Shown: positions 25,591 to 34,167 of the stretch, in pieces
Layout: the number at the start of each line of letters is the position of its first letter
How positions within the stretch are numbered: position 1 is the stretch's first letter
From: an archaeon
GTDB lineage: Archaea; Halobacteriota; Syntropharchaeia; Alkanophagales; Methanospirareceae
Direction of reading: 5' to 3'
Length of the DNA stretch: 41,770 bases
Assembly: GCA_030019325.1 (NCBI GenBank)
Contig: JASEFB010000001.1
Coordinates: forward strand, 1 to 41,770
Notes under the pieces: model-generated
Seen by the model: only the letters and a program-made list of their open reading frames with translations
What the model was told of the DNA's origin: nothing
Database searches by the model: none
Made by a program: the position numbers and the translations under genes

Positions 25591-26094
25591 TCATTTCACC
25601 TGCTTCAATTTCTCAATTAATTTCTCCGTATTCTTGCCGATGACTTCTACTGCTTTTTGAGTCATTTCATCCTCGTAAAAGTTTCGATGTAAAGCATTCG
25701 CTTCGCCAAATAACGTTATGAGTTCCTCATCTCCTGTCTCCCTCGATAGCCTATCTATAAACTGCCAAAGAGCGCCATGTTTCTCCAACTTTAACCCCCT
25801 CTTAGCTGCTACCATCTTAACTGCTAAAGCAGTAGCACCCCAAAGCTTTTCAGACGCCTGAACGAGGTCTCCTTTATTCAAAACTTCCTTCGCATCTCTA
25901 AGGTATTTCTCACTTAGGGCTTGGTAGTGTTCTGCAAGATCTTCCGGATCTAAATCCTCATTTAGACTTTTCCGCAAAAGCTCAACCCCTAATTCCTCAG
26001 GCAAATAGCCTCTCTCTTCAGCTCTCGCCCTTAGTTTCTCCCCAAGCTTTTTTGGCAAAATAATATAGGTAACTCCCATAGTCGATTCATGCAC
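25591..26094 (-). CDS. PaREP1-family (HEPN-superfamily) protein with an N-terminal RHH-like segment
   Basis: DLVQASEKLWGATALAVKMVAAKRGLKLEKHGALWQFIDRL...EANALHRNFYED matches the PaREP1 (PF05942) blocks. The N-terminus VTYIILPKKLGEKLRARAEERG is RHH-like. Confidence 0.75.
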   Translation of the reverse strand: MHESTMGVTYIILPKKLGEKLRARAEERGYLPEELGVELLRKSLNEDLDPEDLAEHYQALSEKYLRDAKEVLNKGDLVQASEKLWGATALAVKMVAAKRGLKLEKHGALWQFIDRLSRETGDEELITLFGEANALHRNFYEDEMTQKAVEVIGKNTEKLIEKLKQVK

Positions 26095-26293
26095 CTTCTA
26101 TTAATATTACTTTATATCCACTTATAAAAGTTGCTCTGTCACCGTAAACATTCTCGGTTGTTGAATGATTATCCACTGCAATAGAAGGCGCTACGCAGCT
26201 TACGACCATCAACAACATAAGTGAAATTGCCACTATTTTCCATAAGGGTTTATTCTGCATTTTCATCACCCCCTTCATTTCCCCCTTTGACAT
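26087..26293 (-). pseudogene. 5' stub (signal peptide) of a secreted protein gene, copy 2
   Basis: MQNKPLWKIVAISLMLLMVVSCVAPSIAVDNHSTTEN... is a signal-peptide-only ORF. It is homologous at the nucleotide level to 27770-27870, and its stop overlaps the start of the PaREP1 gene. Confidence 0.6.
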
Positions 26294-26307
26294 CCGTTCT
26301 CATCAAA

Positions 26308-26511
26308 TTATTGGATAACCCTTGCCCCTCTTCTCTTTAATCTCTCCAATATTTCTTCATAGGTAGCTTTGTCCCTGTATTCCCTCAGCTCCTTTACAGA
26401 ATCCCCAACTTTAGGTGTTATTGCTGCCAGGAATCTCGCATATTCCTCAAGGGTGAGCTCCCTTTCTGCGATACTTAAAACTTTTCTTACCACCTCAGCT
26501 TCCGTAGTCAT
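26308..26511 (-). CDS. Small hypothetical protein overlapping the 3' end of the PIN gene (possible TA partner)
   Basis: 67-aa helical ORF with a 17-nt overlap with 26495-26944. No family recognised. Confidence 0.4.
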   Translation of the reverse strand: MTTEAEVVRKVLSIAERELTLEEYARFLAAITPKVGDSVKELREYRDKATYEEILERLKRRGARVIQ

Positions 26512-26944
26512 CTTCTGCCTCCTTTAAATCTACGGGATTTCGTACTTTGATCCCGTATCGCTCGATTCTATCAGCTTTGGCTAAGATATTGCCATCAACC
26601 GTTATAAAGTAATTCGCTTTTCCCTCAAGTGCCGCAGCCAAGTGAAACGCATCTTCATCGTTCACTCCTGTTGCCTTCTTCAGTTCTTTTTGTCTTGGTA
26701 GAGAGATTACGTCAATCCGCTCAGAAACTGCTCTGGTCATTAATTCAATAACCGCCGCCCTCTTCTTCTCAGCCTTTATTTCATGAATTTCGTCCTCCAA
26801 GACAACAGATCCAAGTATCAGAAATCGTTTCTCATCCACGCCTTGAAGGATTTTGAAAAATGCCTCCGCTTCTTCCCCCACTCTACGGGAAGGCTCATCA
26901 AAAGGACGGCACCAGACACAGGTATCAAGATAGATTCTTCTCAT
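26495..26944 (-). CDS. PIN-domain protein
   Basis: MRRIYLDTCVW (Asp), LEDEI and DAFHLAAALEGKANYFITVDGNIL are PIN-like acidic positions. The ATG at 26944 is preferred over the TTG at 26968. Confidence 0.7.
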   Translation of the reverse strand: MRRIYLDTCVWCRPFDEPSRRVGEEAEAFFKILQGVDEKRFLILGSVVLEDEIHEIKAEKKRAAVIELMTRAVSERIDVISLPRQKELKKATGVNDEDAFHLAAALEGKANYFITVDGNILAKADRIERYGIKVRNPVDLKEAEDDYGS

Positions 26945-27123
26945 ATAATCCCACGCCCGCAATAACAATATTCAATCCTGCCATCTATAAGTTTGTCATC
27001 ACAAAAAAACGAAAGTGCCAGGATTTTTGGAAAGCGTCGAGGTCATTAATTCCGTTTATAATGCCGCTTTTTGCTAGTACTAAAATGCTGCAAATTTTTT
27101 CAGCGAATTTTTTTAACTCACTC

Positions 27124-27377
27124 TCATCTGTAAGCTCTTCCCCTTTTATCCACTTTCAATACGAGAACAAGCCTTTCTTCATCAAATATCAGTAAAGAAC
27201 CCTGTATTTTCCAACCCTTGCCCTGTAAACACCTTCCTCTCCTTTTACTTTCACGTGAGACACAGCAGAAGGTTTTTGGAGCGATAGAATAAGACTCTTG
27301 AGCCTTTCTTTCTCCGTCTTTGGAATCGTTTTAAGAAACTTCTCCACCCTTCTGTGAACCCGGACCTCATAGCTCAT
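27124..27377 (-). pseudogene. relE: RelE/ParE-family toxin with a 1-nt frameshift
   Basis: Frame 1 gives MSYEVRVHRRVEKFLKTIPKTEKERL...YRARVGKYRVLY then stop at 27189. The next frame continues LIFDEERLVLVLKVDKRGRAYR then stop (to 27124), which is the expected RelE C-terminus. A single base is missing at about 27189-27192. Confidence 0.7.
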
Positions 27378-27553
27378 AGCTCTTCTGCCTTTATGAAGTC
27401 AGAGAGATCGTGATGGCCCACAGCTCCCCTCGCTTCCCTCACCATCTTCTCCTCCTCGCTCGTTAGCAGAGAATCCTCCACAAGTTCCGCTAAGACTCCT
27501 TTGATATATTCCACATCCTGCCTCAAAATCCTTATCTCTTCTTCCAGAGCCAT
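27374..27553 (-). CDS. Antitoxin of the RelE module (59 aa)
   Basis: My translation from the ATG at 27553 is MALEEEIRILRQDVEYIKGVLAELVEDSLLTSEEEKMVREARGAVGHHDLSDFIKAEEL. Its stop overlaps the toxin ATG (ATGA). It is in a different frame from track ORF 27399-27677. Confidence 0.6.
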   Translation of the reverse strand: MALEEEIRILRQDVEYIKGVLAELVEDSLLTSEEEKMVREARGAVGHHDLSDFIKAEEL

Positions 27554-27629
27554 GTTTGTTTGTTTGTTTGTTTGTTTGTTTGTTTGTTTGTTTGTTTGTT
27601 TGTTTGTTTGTTTGTTTGTTTGTTTGTTT
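27554..27629. repeat. Perfect tetranucleotide microsatellite, (GTTT)19 on + and (AAAC)19 on -
   Basis: Counted directly: 76 nt with no interruptions. It abuts the antitoxin ATG (27553) on one side and AAAAGGAG (minus strand) on the other. Confidence 0.95.
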
Positions 27630-27666
27630 CTCCTTTTTAGTATTTAGGATAGTTTGTCTTTTCCAC

Positions 27667-27870
27667 TTATAAATCATCTATTGGCATTCTATGGTAAGGA
27701 AAAGGCGCATTACTGGCTGGTATATTCTCTGAAGGGAAAACAGCGTCTAACTGATTTGATGTGTTGTTTGTTGAAGTATTATCAACTGCGAAAGAAGGCG
27801 TTGCGCAGCTTACGACCATCCGCAAAACAAATAAAATTGCTAAAAATTTCCATAAGGATTTATTCTGCGT
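27667..27870 (-). pseudogene. 5' stub of the secreted protein gene, copy 3 (start codon mutated to ACG)
   Basis: The minus strand reads (T)QNKSLWKFLAILFVLRMVVSCATPSFAVDNTST..., homologous to 26087-26293. The ATG position is ACG here. Confidence 0.55.
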
Positions 27871-27990
27871 TTTTATTATTCCCTTCTTATACCTCCCTTT
27901 TAACTGTAATACTGGGTATGACCTTCGTGATTATTCTCCTTATCTTATTCCTTCACTCAATATAGTTACCTTAATCTGATCTTTCACCCT

Positions 27991-28113
27991 TTAAAAGTGA
28001 CCATCTAATGTCACAATCTCATTCACTTCGGGCAGAGAAATCGCTGAAACAAAGTGGATAGCATCTGACCCTGGTAAACCCGTGGATACTGAAACAGCCA
28101 AAACCGAATTCAT
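27991..28113 (-). pseudogene. vapC: C-terminal remnant of a PIN toxin
   Basis: MNSVLAVSVSTGLPGSDAIHFVSAISLPEVNEIVTLDGHF resembles only the last third of a PIN domain (DAIH...T.D). It lies directly downstream of 28124-28369. Confidence 0.45.
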
Positions 28114-28123
28114 AAAGGTCTCT

Positions 28124-28369
28124 TCAACGCTCCCTTTCCTTTAGAAAATCCTCCACCGTAAGCGAAATCCCTTTCTTCTTTAAAATTCCCATCGTTTCTT
28201 TCGCTAATTCATCTAAAGTATCGAGAGTTTGTTCATCTTTTTCCACCTTGCCGGTTCTTCTCAATTCACCCATTATGTCTAACAACTCTTTTGTTTCTGG
28301 AGGCAATATCTTTAATCTCAACAAACCTGTAAGATTAATTGCCTGTGTTCTTATCACAGCCTGAGCCAT
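28124..28369 (-). CDS. Putative antitoxin (81 aa) of the decayed PIN module
   Basis: Helical, charged ORF positioned as the upstream partner of the PIN remnant. No family recognised. Confidence 0.4.
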   Translation of the reverse strand: MAQAVIRTQAINLTGLLRLKILPPETKELLDIMGELRRTGKVEKDEQTLDTLDELAKETMGILKKKGISLTVEDFLKERER

Positions 28370-28439
28370 CTTTTCCCCTCCTTACTTTTCTCTATATCTC
28401 TTTTATACAACATTATATCATCCTATTATAAATACATAA

Positions 28440-28521
28440 CGATTATTGTACTGCTAACGGAAGCATTATCCACCGCCCATTGGATCTTCGCATAGTCATC
28501 AGGCACGTAAATATCAGCAGC
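28440..28521 (-). pseudogene. Fragment of the beta-helix gene (mature N-terminus), copy 4
   Basis: ..AADIYVPDDYAKIQWAVDNASVSSTIIV.. and the underlying DNA align with 25350-25430 of gene 24964-25587. Confidence 0.6.
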
Positions 28522-28573
28522 TGAAATGGTTCCAACGAAAGAATAAAAAATAAAAACTGATGGTGCGATATTC

Positions 28574-30409
28574 TTACCGTACCATATTTGCTGCTTCCTG
28601 AACGGCATCCAGCTTTCCAATGATCGTCGCATAATCGCCATCCAGAAGCTTTGTCTCACCATGTGCAATTATTGATTTACCCTCCCTTCGAACCATTACG
28701 ATCAAGCTATCCTCTGGCAGCGAGATCTCTTTAATAGCCTTTCCCACCACGCGCTTATTCGAGACCTTGACTTCAAGTATATCCCCCTCGTCACTAACCT
28801 CGCACATCGTAAACAAATCGTGGTGTCCCACCATACCGTCGAGCATGAGCGCGGTGGCAATGACGGGGCTGATTGAGCGGATATCGAGATCCATAAACGC
28901 CTGAAGGTTTTCCGGGTCATTAACCCGAGCCACGAGTTTTTCTCCCGTGAATCCGAATTTTGTCTTGGCAATCTGGCATACCAAAAGATTGGTGTTATCC
29001 TGGTCCGTGGTTACGACGAGGTATTTGGCATGTTCGATTCCTGCTTTTTTGAGATTTGCTACATCTTCCGCATTACCATGAATTGCTCGTATTCCCATTT
29101 TTAGCGCTTTTTTACACTTCTCTTCATTATTATCGATTATCACAACGTTCTCTCCACGCTTCAAAAACCGTTCAGCTAGATCCCGTCCAACTCCACCTCC
29201 GCCAACAATTAATATTTCCATAGGTATTACTCTGGTTCTTTTTGCTATAAATTTTGCTGAAATCCCTGTTGATAGTACGGTAATTACGATGGTAATAAAC
29301 ATCAATCCAAGAAGACTGGCTGGTTCAGAAATAAAACCTAAATCCTTCAGTCTTATGGAGAAATAGACTGCCATGGAAGCGGGAACAACACCTCTCGGTC
29401 CTATTGCGGAAATGAATAGTTTTTCACCACCCTTCAGGTCTGATCTCAGCGTGGATACAAATACTGCCAGCGGTCTTATGAGAACCATCAATAATACCAC
29501 TAAAAGGAGCGCATTCAACCCAAGTGCTCGAATATACGCAAAATCTATGAATGCAGATAACAGAATAAAAATAACTGAGAGTAAAATTATCGAGATATCT
29601 TCCTTAAAATGCTTTATGGCATCTTTGTGGGGGATGTCAGACGAGCCAATAAATATCCCGAAGAGTGCCATTGCCAGTACACCCGATTGAGTTCCGATAT
29701 TCTCAGCGATTACAAATGCAGCCAAAAGAATTGAGATGGTAAATAATCGAGCGTACTGTTCAGTAAGTAATGGGATTTTGCATAAAATCAAGATAAGCGT
29801 AATCCCGGCCAAAGCACCGAAAAAAGCGCCGTTTGATAGCCGGATTAACAGGAACTGAGCAGCTTTGATTCCGGTCAGTGATGCCACGATCCACTCAAAG
29901 ACGAGTGCAGCAAGTATCACACTTGCGCCGTCATTTAATACCGCCTCTGCCTGGAGAACGCCGGCAACTTTAGTATTAACTCGTATCTGCCTGATTATCG
30001 GAGTGATCACGGCAGGACCGGTTGCTGAAACAACCGCCCCAAACAGTAAGGCAATATTAAAAGGAATATTAAGCAGAAGGTAAGCCGCTACCGCAGTAAG
30101 TACCGCGGTCATAATGACCCCAATCGTAACCAGATTCAATATACTGTGCTGAATCTTCCGCAGTTGTCTGATGTCAATGTCCAGACCGCCGTCAAAGACG
30201 ATTATGGCAACGGCAAAACCTACAAGCAATTCGAGACCACTTCCAAATCTGCTCGGCTCGATAAGTCCGGTAACCTCGGGGCCTAAAATAATCCCAGCAG
30301 CTAACAAGAAAACAATGCTCGGGATTTTAAGTATCCGTCCGAGCATGTGTGCTAAGATCCCGATGATCATTACACCCACAAGAGATGTCAGCAAGTATAT
30401 AGTGCTCAT
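28574..30409 (-). CDS. Cation:proton antiporter fused to RCK_N (TrkA-N) and RCK_C domains
   Basis: 611 aa. The first ~390 residues are polytopic Na+/H+-exchanger-like. They are followed by ILIVGGGGVGRDLAERFLKRGENVVIIDNN (a Rossmann GxGxxG) and a TrkA-C-like tail (GKAIKEISLPEDSLIVMVRREGKSIIAHGETKLLDGD). Confidence 0.85.
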   Translation of the reverse strand: MSTIYLLTSLVGVMIIGILAHMLGRILKIPSIVFLLAAGIILGPEVTGLIEPSRFGSGLELLVGFAVAIIVFDGGLDIDIRQLRKIQHSILNLVTIGVIMTAVLTAVAAYLLLNIPFNIALLFGAVVSATGPAVITPIIRQIRVNTKVAGVLQAEAVLNDGASVILAALVFEWIVASLTGIKAAQFLLIRLSNGAFFGALAGITLILILCKIPLLTEQYARLFTISILLAAFVIAENIGTQSGVLAMALFGIFIGSSDIPHKDAIKHFKEDISIILLSVIFILLSAFIDFAYIRALGLNALLLVVLLMVLIRPLAVFVSTLRSDLKGGEKLFISAIGPRGVVPASMAVYFSIRLKDLGFISEPASLLGLMFITIVITVLSTGISAKFIAKRTRVIPMEILIVGGGGVGRDLAERFLKRGENVVIIDNNEEKCKKALKMGIRAIHGNAEDVANLKKAGIEHAKYLVVTTDQDNTNLLVCQIAKTKFGFTGEKLVARVNDPENLQAFMDLDIRSISPVIATALMLDGMVGHHDLFTMCEVSDEGDILEVKVSNKRVVGKAIKEISLPEDSLIVMVRREGKSIIAHGETKLLDGDYATIIGKLDAVQEAANMVR

Positions 30410-30494
30410 TCAACTTCGCCGAATAATAATTATAGTGCTGAGAAAGTTAATCTTGTTCTTTAAAAAGAGTCAACAGCAATCTGCACCGAGGGGA

Positions 30495-31892
30495 TTACCG
30501 CGCAGGATTTTTGAAATTCTTCCTATGTATCGTATTATACGAGCAAAAGGGCACTATTCTGCCATCTGGCAACCCGTAGTGAATCACACATTTCCTCAAT
30601 CGAGCGCAATCGAAATTGTACGGATCCATGAAATGCATGGCGCCTATAAAGAGAAGGTTGAAATGGAGGTCGCTCAGGTCCTCGTAGTCGTGACTTTTTA
30701 GGAATCCGATAAAAAGGTCTTTTATAAAACCTGGGTGAATATGTTTTAACGCTGCGAAAACGGATATCCTTTTATTTTTATTATACGCTGCTGCTAATTT
30801 TTCCATATCCATGTACTTCGTTATCGGCTCTATTTTTCCTTCAGCTCTTCCCTTTGTCTCGACCACGAGATAAGAAAACGCACCACACGAGAAATGGCAG
30901 CCTACCTCCGATTTGCTAGCCAATGTTCCCAGCAGCATGCTCATGAATGAAGGGGGGAAGAAATCCCCCTTATGAAGAAAGCCGGTTTGTTCTTCTACCT
31001 TCCGTATGATATCAGAAACGGTTATCCGTTCATTGTACTCGTATGAAGTTCTCCCGCAGAAGGAAACCGGCTGAAAATTTACCCCGCGTATAATCGCACT
31101 ATTCTCTACTGCAAATTTTATAATAGCGCCAATTTGGTCGTCATTTATCCCTTTTACGATGGTAGGCACGAGCACGATAGCGGGTTTCGGGCCTGCAGTG
31201 CGGTGGTTTTCGATCGCTTTTCTCTTCAGGTCGAGCAGTCTTCGACCCCGTAACTTCTCGTAGGGGTCTTCTGTTACACCATCAAACTGGAGATACACAA
31301 CGCTTGTGCCTGCGGATTCTATCTCTTTACAATATTCCGCACTCGCAGCCATTTTTACGCCGTTGGTATTCACTTCCACATGGTCGAACTTTCTTCGTGC
31401 GTATGCAATAAGCTCAGGGAGGTCATCTCTGAGTGTGGGTTCGCCACCACTGAACTGAAGTCCAGCAGCATTGGTATTCGATGCAAAATTATCTATTATC
31501 GCTTTTAGTTGCTCGAAGTCAGGATCTCTTTCATATCTACCGCCATTACCGTCACTCTTGGCAAAACAGGTTGGACAGCTCAGGTTGCATCGCATGGTGA
31601 CGTCTATAACACCCAATACGGTGGATGATTCATGCTGGGGGCACAAGCCGCACGAAAAGGGACATTCTCCATTACCGTTAGTTCCTGTTATTTCGCTTAT
31701 TTGCGCTCCTTCGAGGTCTTTCGCTTCAAATCGTTGGTAAAGCTGGTAATCCGACCAGCACAAGTCCTTAAACGCACCGTGTTCCGCACAGCTCTTCTCC
31801 ATGTATACCGCTCCGTTCTCTTCGTACAGGTTCGCATCGATGATGTGATAGCATACCGGGCAGATGCTTTTTGTGGTTCGTATCGGGTTCAT
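30495..31892 (-). CDS. Radical SAM protein of the MJ0619/Tes (COG1964)-like family
   Basis: N-terminal zinc-ribbon-like ICPVCYH...CAEHG, then CPFSCGLCPQH, then the radical SAM cluster RCNLSCPTCFA and GGEPTLRDD. The layout matches my memory of the family of the tetraether lipid synthase / MJ0619. I prefer the start MNPIRTTK (31892), which avoids a 110-nt overlap with the upstream gene. Confidence 0.7.
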   Translation of the reverse strand: MNPIRTTKSICPVCYHIIDANLYEENGAVYMEKSCAEHGAFKDLCWSDYQLYQRFEAKDLEGAQISEITGTNGNGECPFSCGLCPQHESSTVLGVIDVTMRCNLSCPTCFAKSDGNGGRYERDPDFEQLKAIIDNFASNTNAAGLQFSGGEPTLRDDLPELIAYARRKFDHVEVNTNGVKMAASAEYCKEIESAGTSVVYLQFDGVTEDPYEKLRGRRLLDLKRKAIENHRTAGPKPAIVLVPTIVKGINDDQIGAIIKFAVENSAIIRGVNFQPVSFCGRTSYEYNERITVSDIIRKVEEQTGFLHKGDFFPPSFMSMLLGTLASKSEVGCHFSCGAFSYLVVETKGRAEGKIEPITKYMDMEKLAAAYNKNKRISVFAALKHIHPGFIKDLFIGFLKSHDYEDLSDLHFNLLFIGAMHFMDPYNFDCARLRKCVIHYGLPDGRIVPFCSYNTIHRKNFKNPAR

Positions 31893-31911
31893 AGTTGTTA
31901 CAATTATTGAA

Positions 31912-34167
31912 TCAGTCCAATTCTCCATTAATTGGCTCTCTCGGTGTCCAACTATACATTCCTCTTGCCTCCGGGGGATATTTTGCTGGTTTTGAAATAT
32001 CAATTCCCTCGCGTAGGCCAAGGTGGTGTGTGAGGTAAAGTGCTTGAATCACGAGATCAATAGCTCCTAGAACCGAGTGCCGATCAGTTGAAAGTTCAAA
32101 TACCTTCATTTGCTTCTTAAGATACTTTTTAATCGTATTCGCAAGATCATTATATGGTGGGCATCGTAGAATGACAGCTATTTTATTGCTGCGGTGGCGA
32201 TAAGCACTGATATATCGGCCGTGAGTGAAATTTTTTAGTTCGGAATATTCAATAGTTGCGATTCCTCCTTCGACGAATTTTGATTCCAAATCAACAAGTG
32301 CTGGTCTAGCCCAACCACTTCCAAGAGCAATAAAATGATAGTTGCTTGGTGATCCCGAAAGACCTTCACACATTTCACGTGCTCGGAAGTCGGCCGCCTT
32401 AAAGATGCTTGAAAGATTTTTATACTCAAATAGCTGATCTAAATCCTCTTTAAGGTTATTAGGGGCGAAAATAGCCAGAAGTGATCCCAGAGTAGCGAGA
32501 TACCCTACTGTAGCCACAAAGCCTTGGCGATGTTTTGAAACAATGAATACTTGCCAGCCAGAATCACCAGCACGCTTAGAAAGTTCTGAATCAGGATCGC
32601 TGGTAAAAACTAACCCATTAGTCACTCTTAGTGCACGAAGTTTATCAAAAGATCGCAAAATGTCAGGATTGGATCCTCTATATGAAATTAAAACAGGTAG
32701 TATTTCATTTAAAGGTGTGCTAATTGACTCTAACTCATAAGGAGGGATAGCTCTAGCAGGGTTACCACGAAGTGAAAAAAGTAATTGTTCACCAAACACC
32801 GCAGCACTGAAGGAACCACCGGAACCAATAAACAAGAGGGGTGTAGATTTAATCATAGATTCAATCTCATCTCTCTTTTTTGAGTTGAGTAACTGGAATT
32901 GTACCTGCGAATAAGTCTCACTCATCGGAATAAGCGCTTGCGCTAACTCCGCTCCAAATTCATTTTTTCGGGGGTATTTACTTGATATTAGCGATTTTTT
33001 TCGATTTGTGCCCATTACTTTCGGCTCGCCACAGATATGACATACACCATACGCTTGGAATCTAAAAGGAAACTTAAAAGGTTCTGGTATACCAGAGCTA
33101 GGCGGTAATGAGGAGAAAGCTTGTCCGTTGTAGGCAACCTCGGCCCCAAGTGTGAGTGCTTCAGCTGCGTGAACTTTGTTAGTAGCTAAAACCCTTGGAT
33201 AACTCCTAGCTCCGTAGAAGCTGCAGCTCAAAGAGGCTAATCCTTGCGCTACAGAAAGCATCTTTTCTTCAAACCCAATTTCAAGTCTTGCAGACTTGTT
33301 GAGGATTTGAGCTAAAATCGCACCGATTAAAATATCCCCAGCACCAGCGGTGTCACATAATCTCAAGCATTTTATAGCTGGAAATTCAAACTTTTGAAAC
33401 TCCGATCTTGGTCCACGGATGAACCCGTAAACACCTTGTTCGCTGTCGGTTACAATTAAAAGTTTAATTCGCTCAAATCGTTGCGAAAAAGCATCCAAAG
33501 ACTCAAATTTATTTTGTGACTCAAGTCTATTCCGTTTAAGAAAGTTTTTGAATATACGCGAGTTTACCTTAACCATCGTGGCAATTGCAATGAGTTCCTG
33601 AGCTTTCGATCTTGAGCTTTCAAAGCTATCAAAAGAAAAATCAAAAGAAACAAATTTATTAGCTTTTGAAGCCGTTCTTGCTAGCATAAGTGAGCTATCA
33701 TTTGCACGGTCTGTATGTACGATTTGGCAGTGTCGAACTGTTTCCAACATTTCTTTAGTAATATCCCATTTATTAAGAACAACACTGCGACTTATAGGAG
33801 CGCCGCAATCTGGGCATTTATGTAAGAACTTATGTGAATGGTTGGATTCAGAAATAACCTGGAAATACTGCCTAGATCTCCTAAACTGACCAGCTCCACC
33901 TCTCTGTATTAACCATCGAGTATTTACTCCAAAGTTTTTAATGTCTTGCTTAATTATTTCAGACTGAATATCATTTCCAATTGCTCCAATAATGGCGGTT
34001 TTGAAACCCAAAGTTCCAAGAAACGACAATGTATTACCTACTGATCCACCTCCTGCACTTCCCAAATATTTAAGCGATGTTTTCTGGTTAGGAGTAATAG
34101 TTTTCAAGAAAATATGATCCACCGCAACGAGTCCCATGCCAAGAACATCAAGCTTCATTTTCATCAC
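31912..34167 (-). CDS. PfkB-family kinase fused to a double SIS (phosphosugar-binding) domain
   Basis: GSAGGGSVGNT (GG motif) and CDTAGAGD (33334-33354) are PfkB signatures. Cys pairs are CPDC (residues 118-121) and CHIC (376-379). The C-terminal ~300 aa carry two SIS-type repeats, LLFIGSGGSFSAAVFGE and HFIALGSGWARPALVDLESKFVE (about 32008-32850). Confidence 0.75.
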   Translation of the reverse strand: MMKMKLDVLGMGLVAVDHIFLKTITPNQKTSLKYLGSAGGGSVGNTLSFLGTLGFKTAIIGAIGNDIQSEIIKQDIKNFGVNTRWLIQRGGAGQFRRSRQYFQVISESNHSHKFLHKCPDCGAPISRSVVLNKWDITKEMLETVRHCQIVHTDRANDSSLMLARTASKANKFVSFDFSFDSFESSRSKAQELIAIATMVKVNSRIFKNFLKRNRLESQNKFESLDAFSQRFERIKLLIVTDSEQGVYGFIRGPRSEFQKFEFPAIKCLRLCDTAGAGDILIGAILAQILNKSARLEIGFEEKMLSVAQGLASLSCSFYGARSYPRVLATNKVHAAEALTLGAEVAYNGQAFSSLPPSSGIPEPFKFPFRFQAYGVCHICGEPKVMGTNRKKSLISSKYPRKNEFGAELAQALIPMSETYSQVQFQLLNSKKRDEIESMIKSTPLLFIGSGGSFSAAVFGEQLLFSLRGNPARAIPPYELESISTPLNEILPVLISYRGSNPDILRSFDKLRALRVTNGLVFTSDPDSELSKRAGDSGWQVFIVSKHRQGFVATVGYLATLGSLLAIFAPNNLKEDLDQLFEYKNLSSIFKAADFRAREMCEGLSGSPSNYHFIALGSGWARPALVDLESKFVEGGIATIEYSELKNFTHGRYISAYRHRSNKIAVILRCPPYNDLANTIKKYLKKQMKVFELSTDRHSVLGAIDLVIQALYLTHHLGLREGIDISKPAKYPPEARGMYSWTPREPINGELD

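Noticed and set aside
27554-27629. Borg-like extrachromosomal element, suggested by the perfect tandem repeat
   Set aside because: Gene orientation is mixed, core metabolic genes and a tRNA are present, and only one such repeat occurs. The window looks chromosomal.
27399-27677. 92-aa ORF encoding a KQTN-repeat protein
   Set aside because: The repeat peptide is just the (AAAC)19 microsatellite read through. The ORF is out of frame with the recognisable antitoxin (ATG 27553), and its C-terminal part is Gly/Ser/Arg-rich nonsense.
30495-31892. Radical SAM gene as a viperin-like antiviral enzyme completing the kinase/PRTase cassette
   Set aside because: Its size, the N-terminal zinc-ribbon plus CPFxCGLCP block and its overall layout resemble the MJ0619/Tes (COG1964) family, not viperins. 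Its GC looks host-like. It is kept only as a neighbour, not as a claimed component.
31893-32021. N-terminal extension of the radical SAM ORF (start at 32021)
   Set aside because: It would overlap the kinase/SIS gene by 110 nt. The extension (MAYARELIFQNQQNIPRRQEE...) is not family-like. The internal Met at 31892 gives a normal N-terminus 17 nt after the upstream stop.
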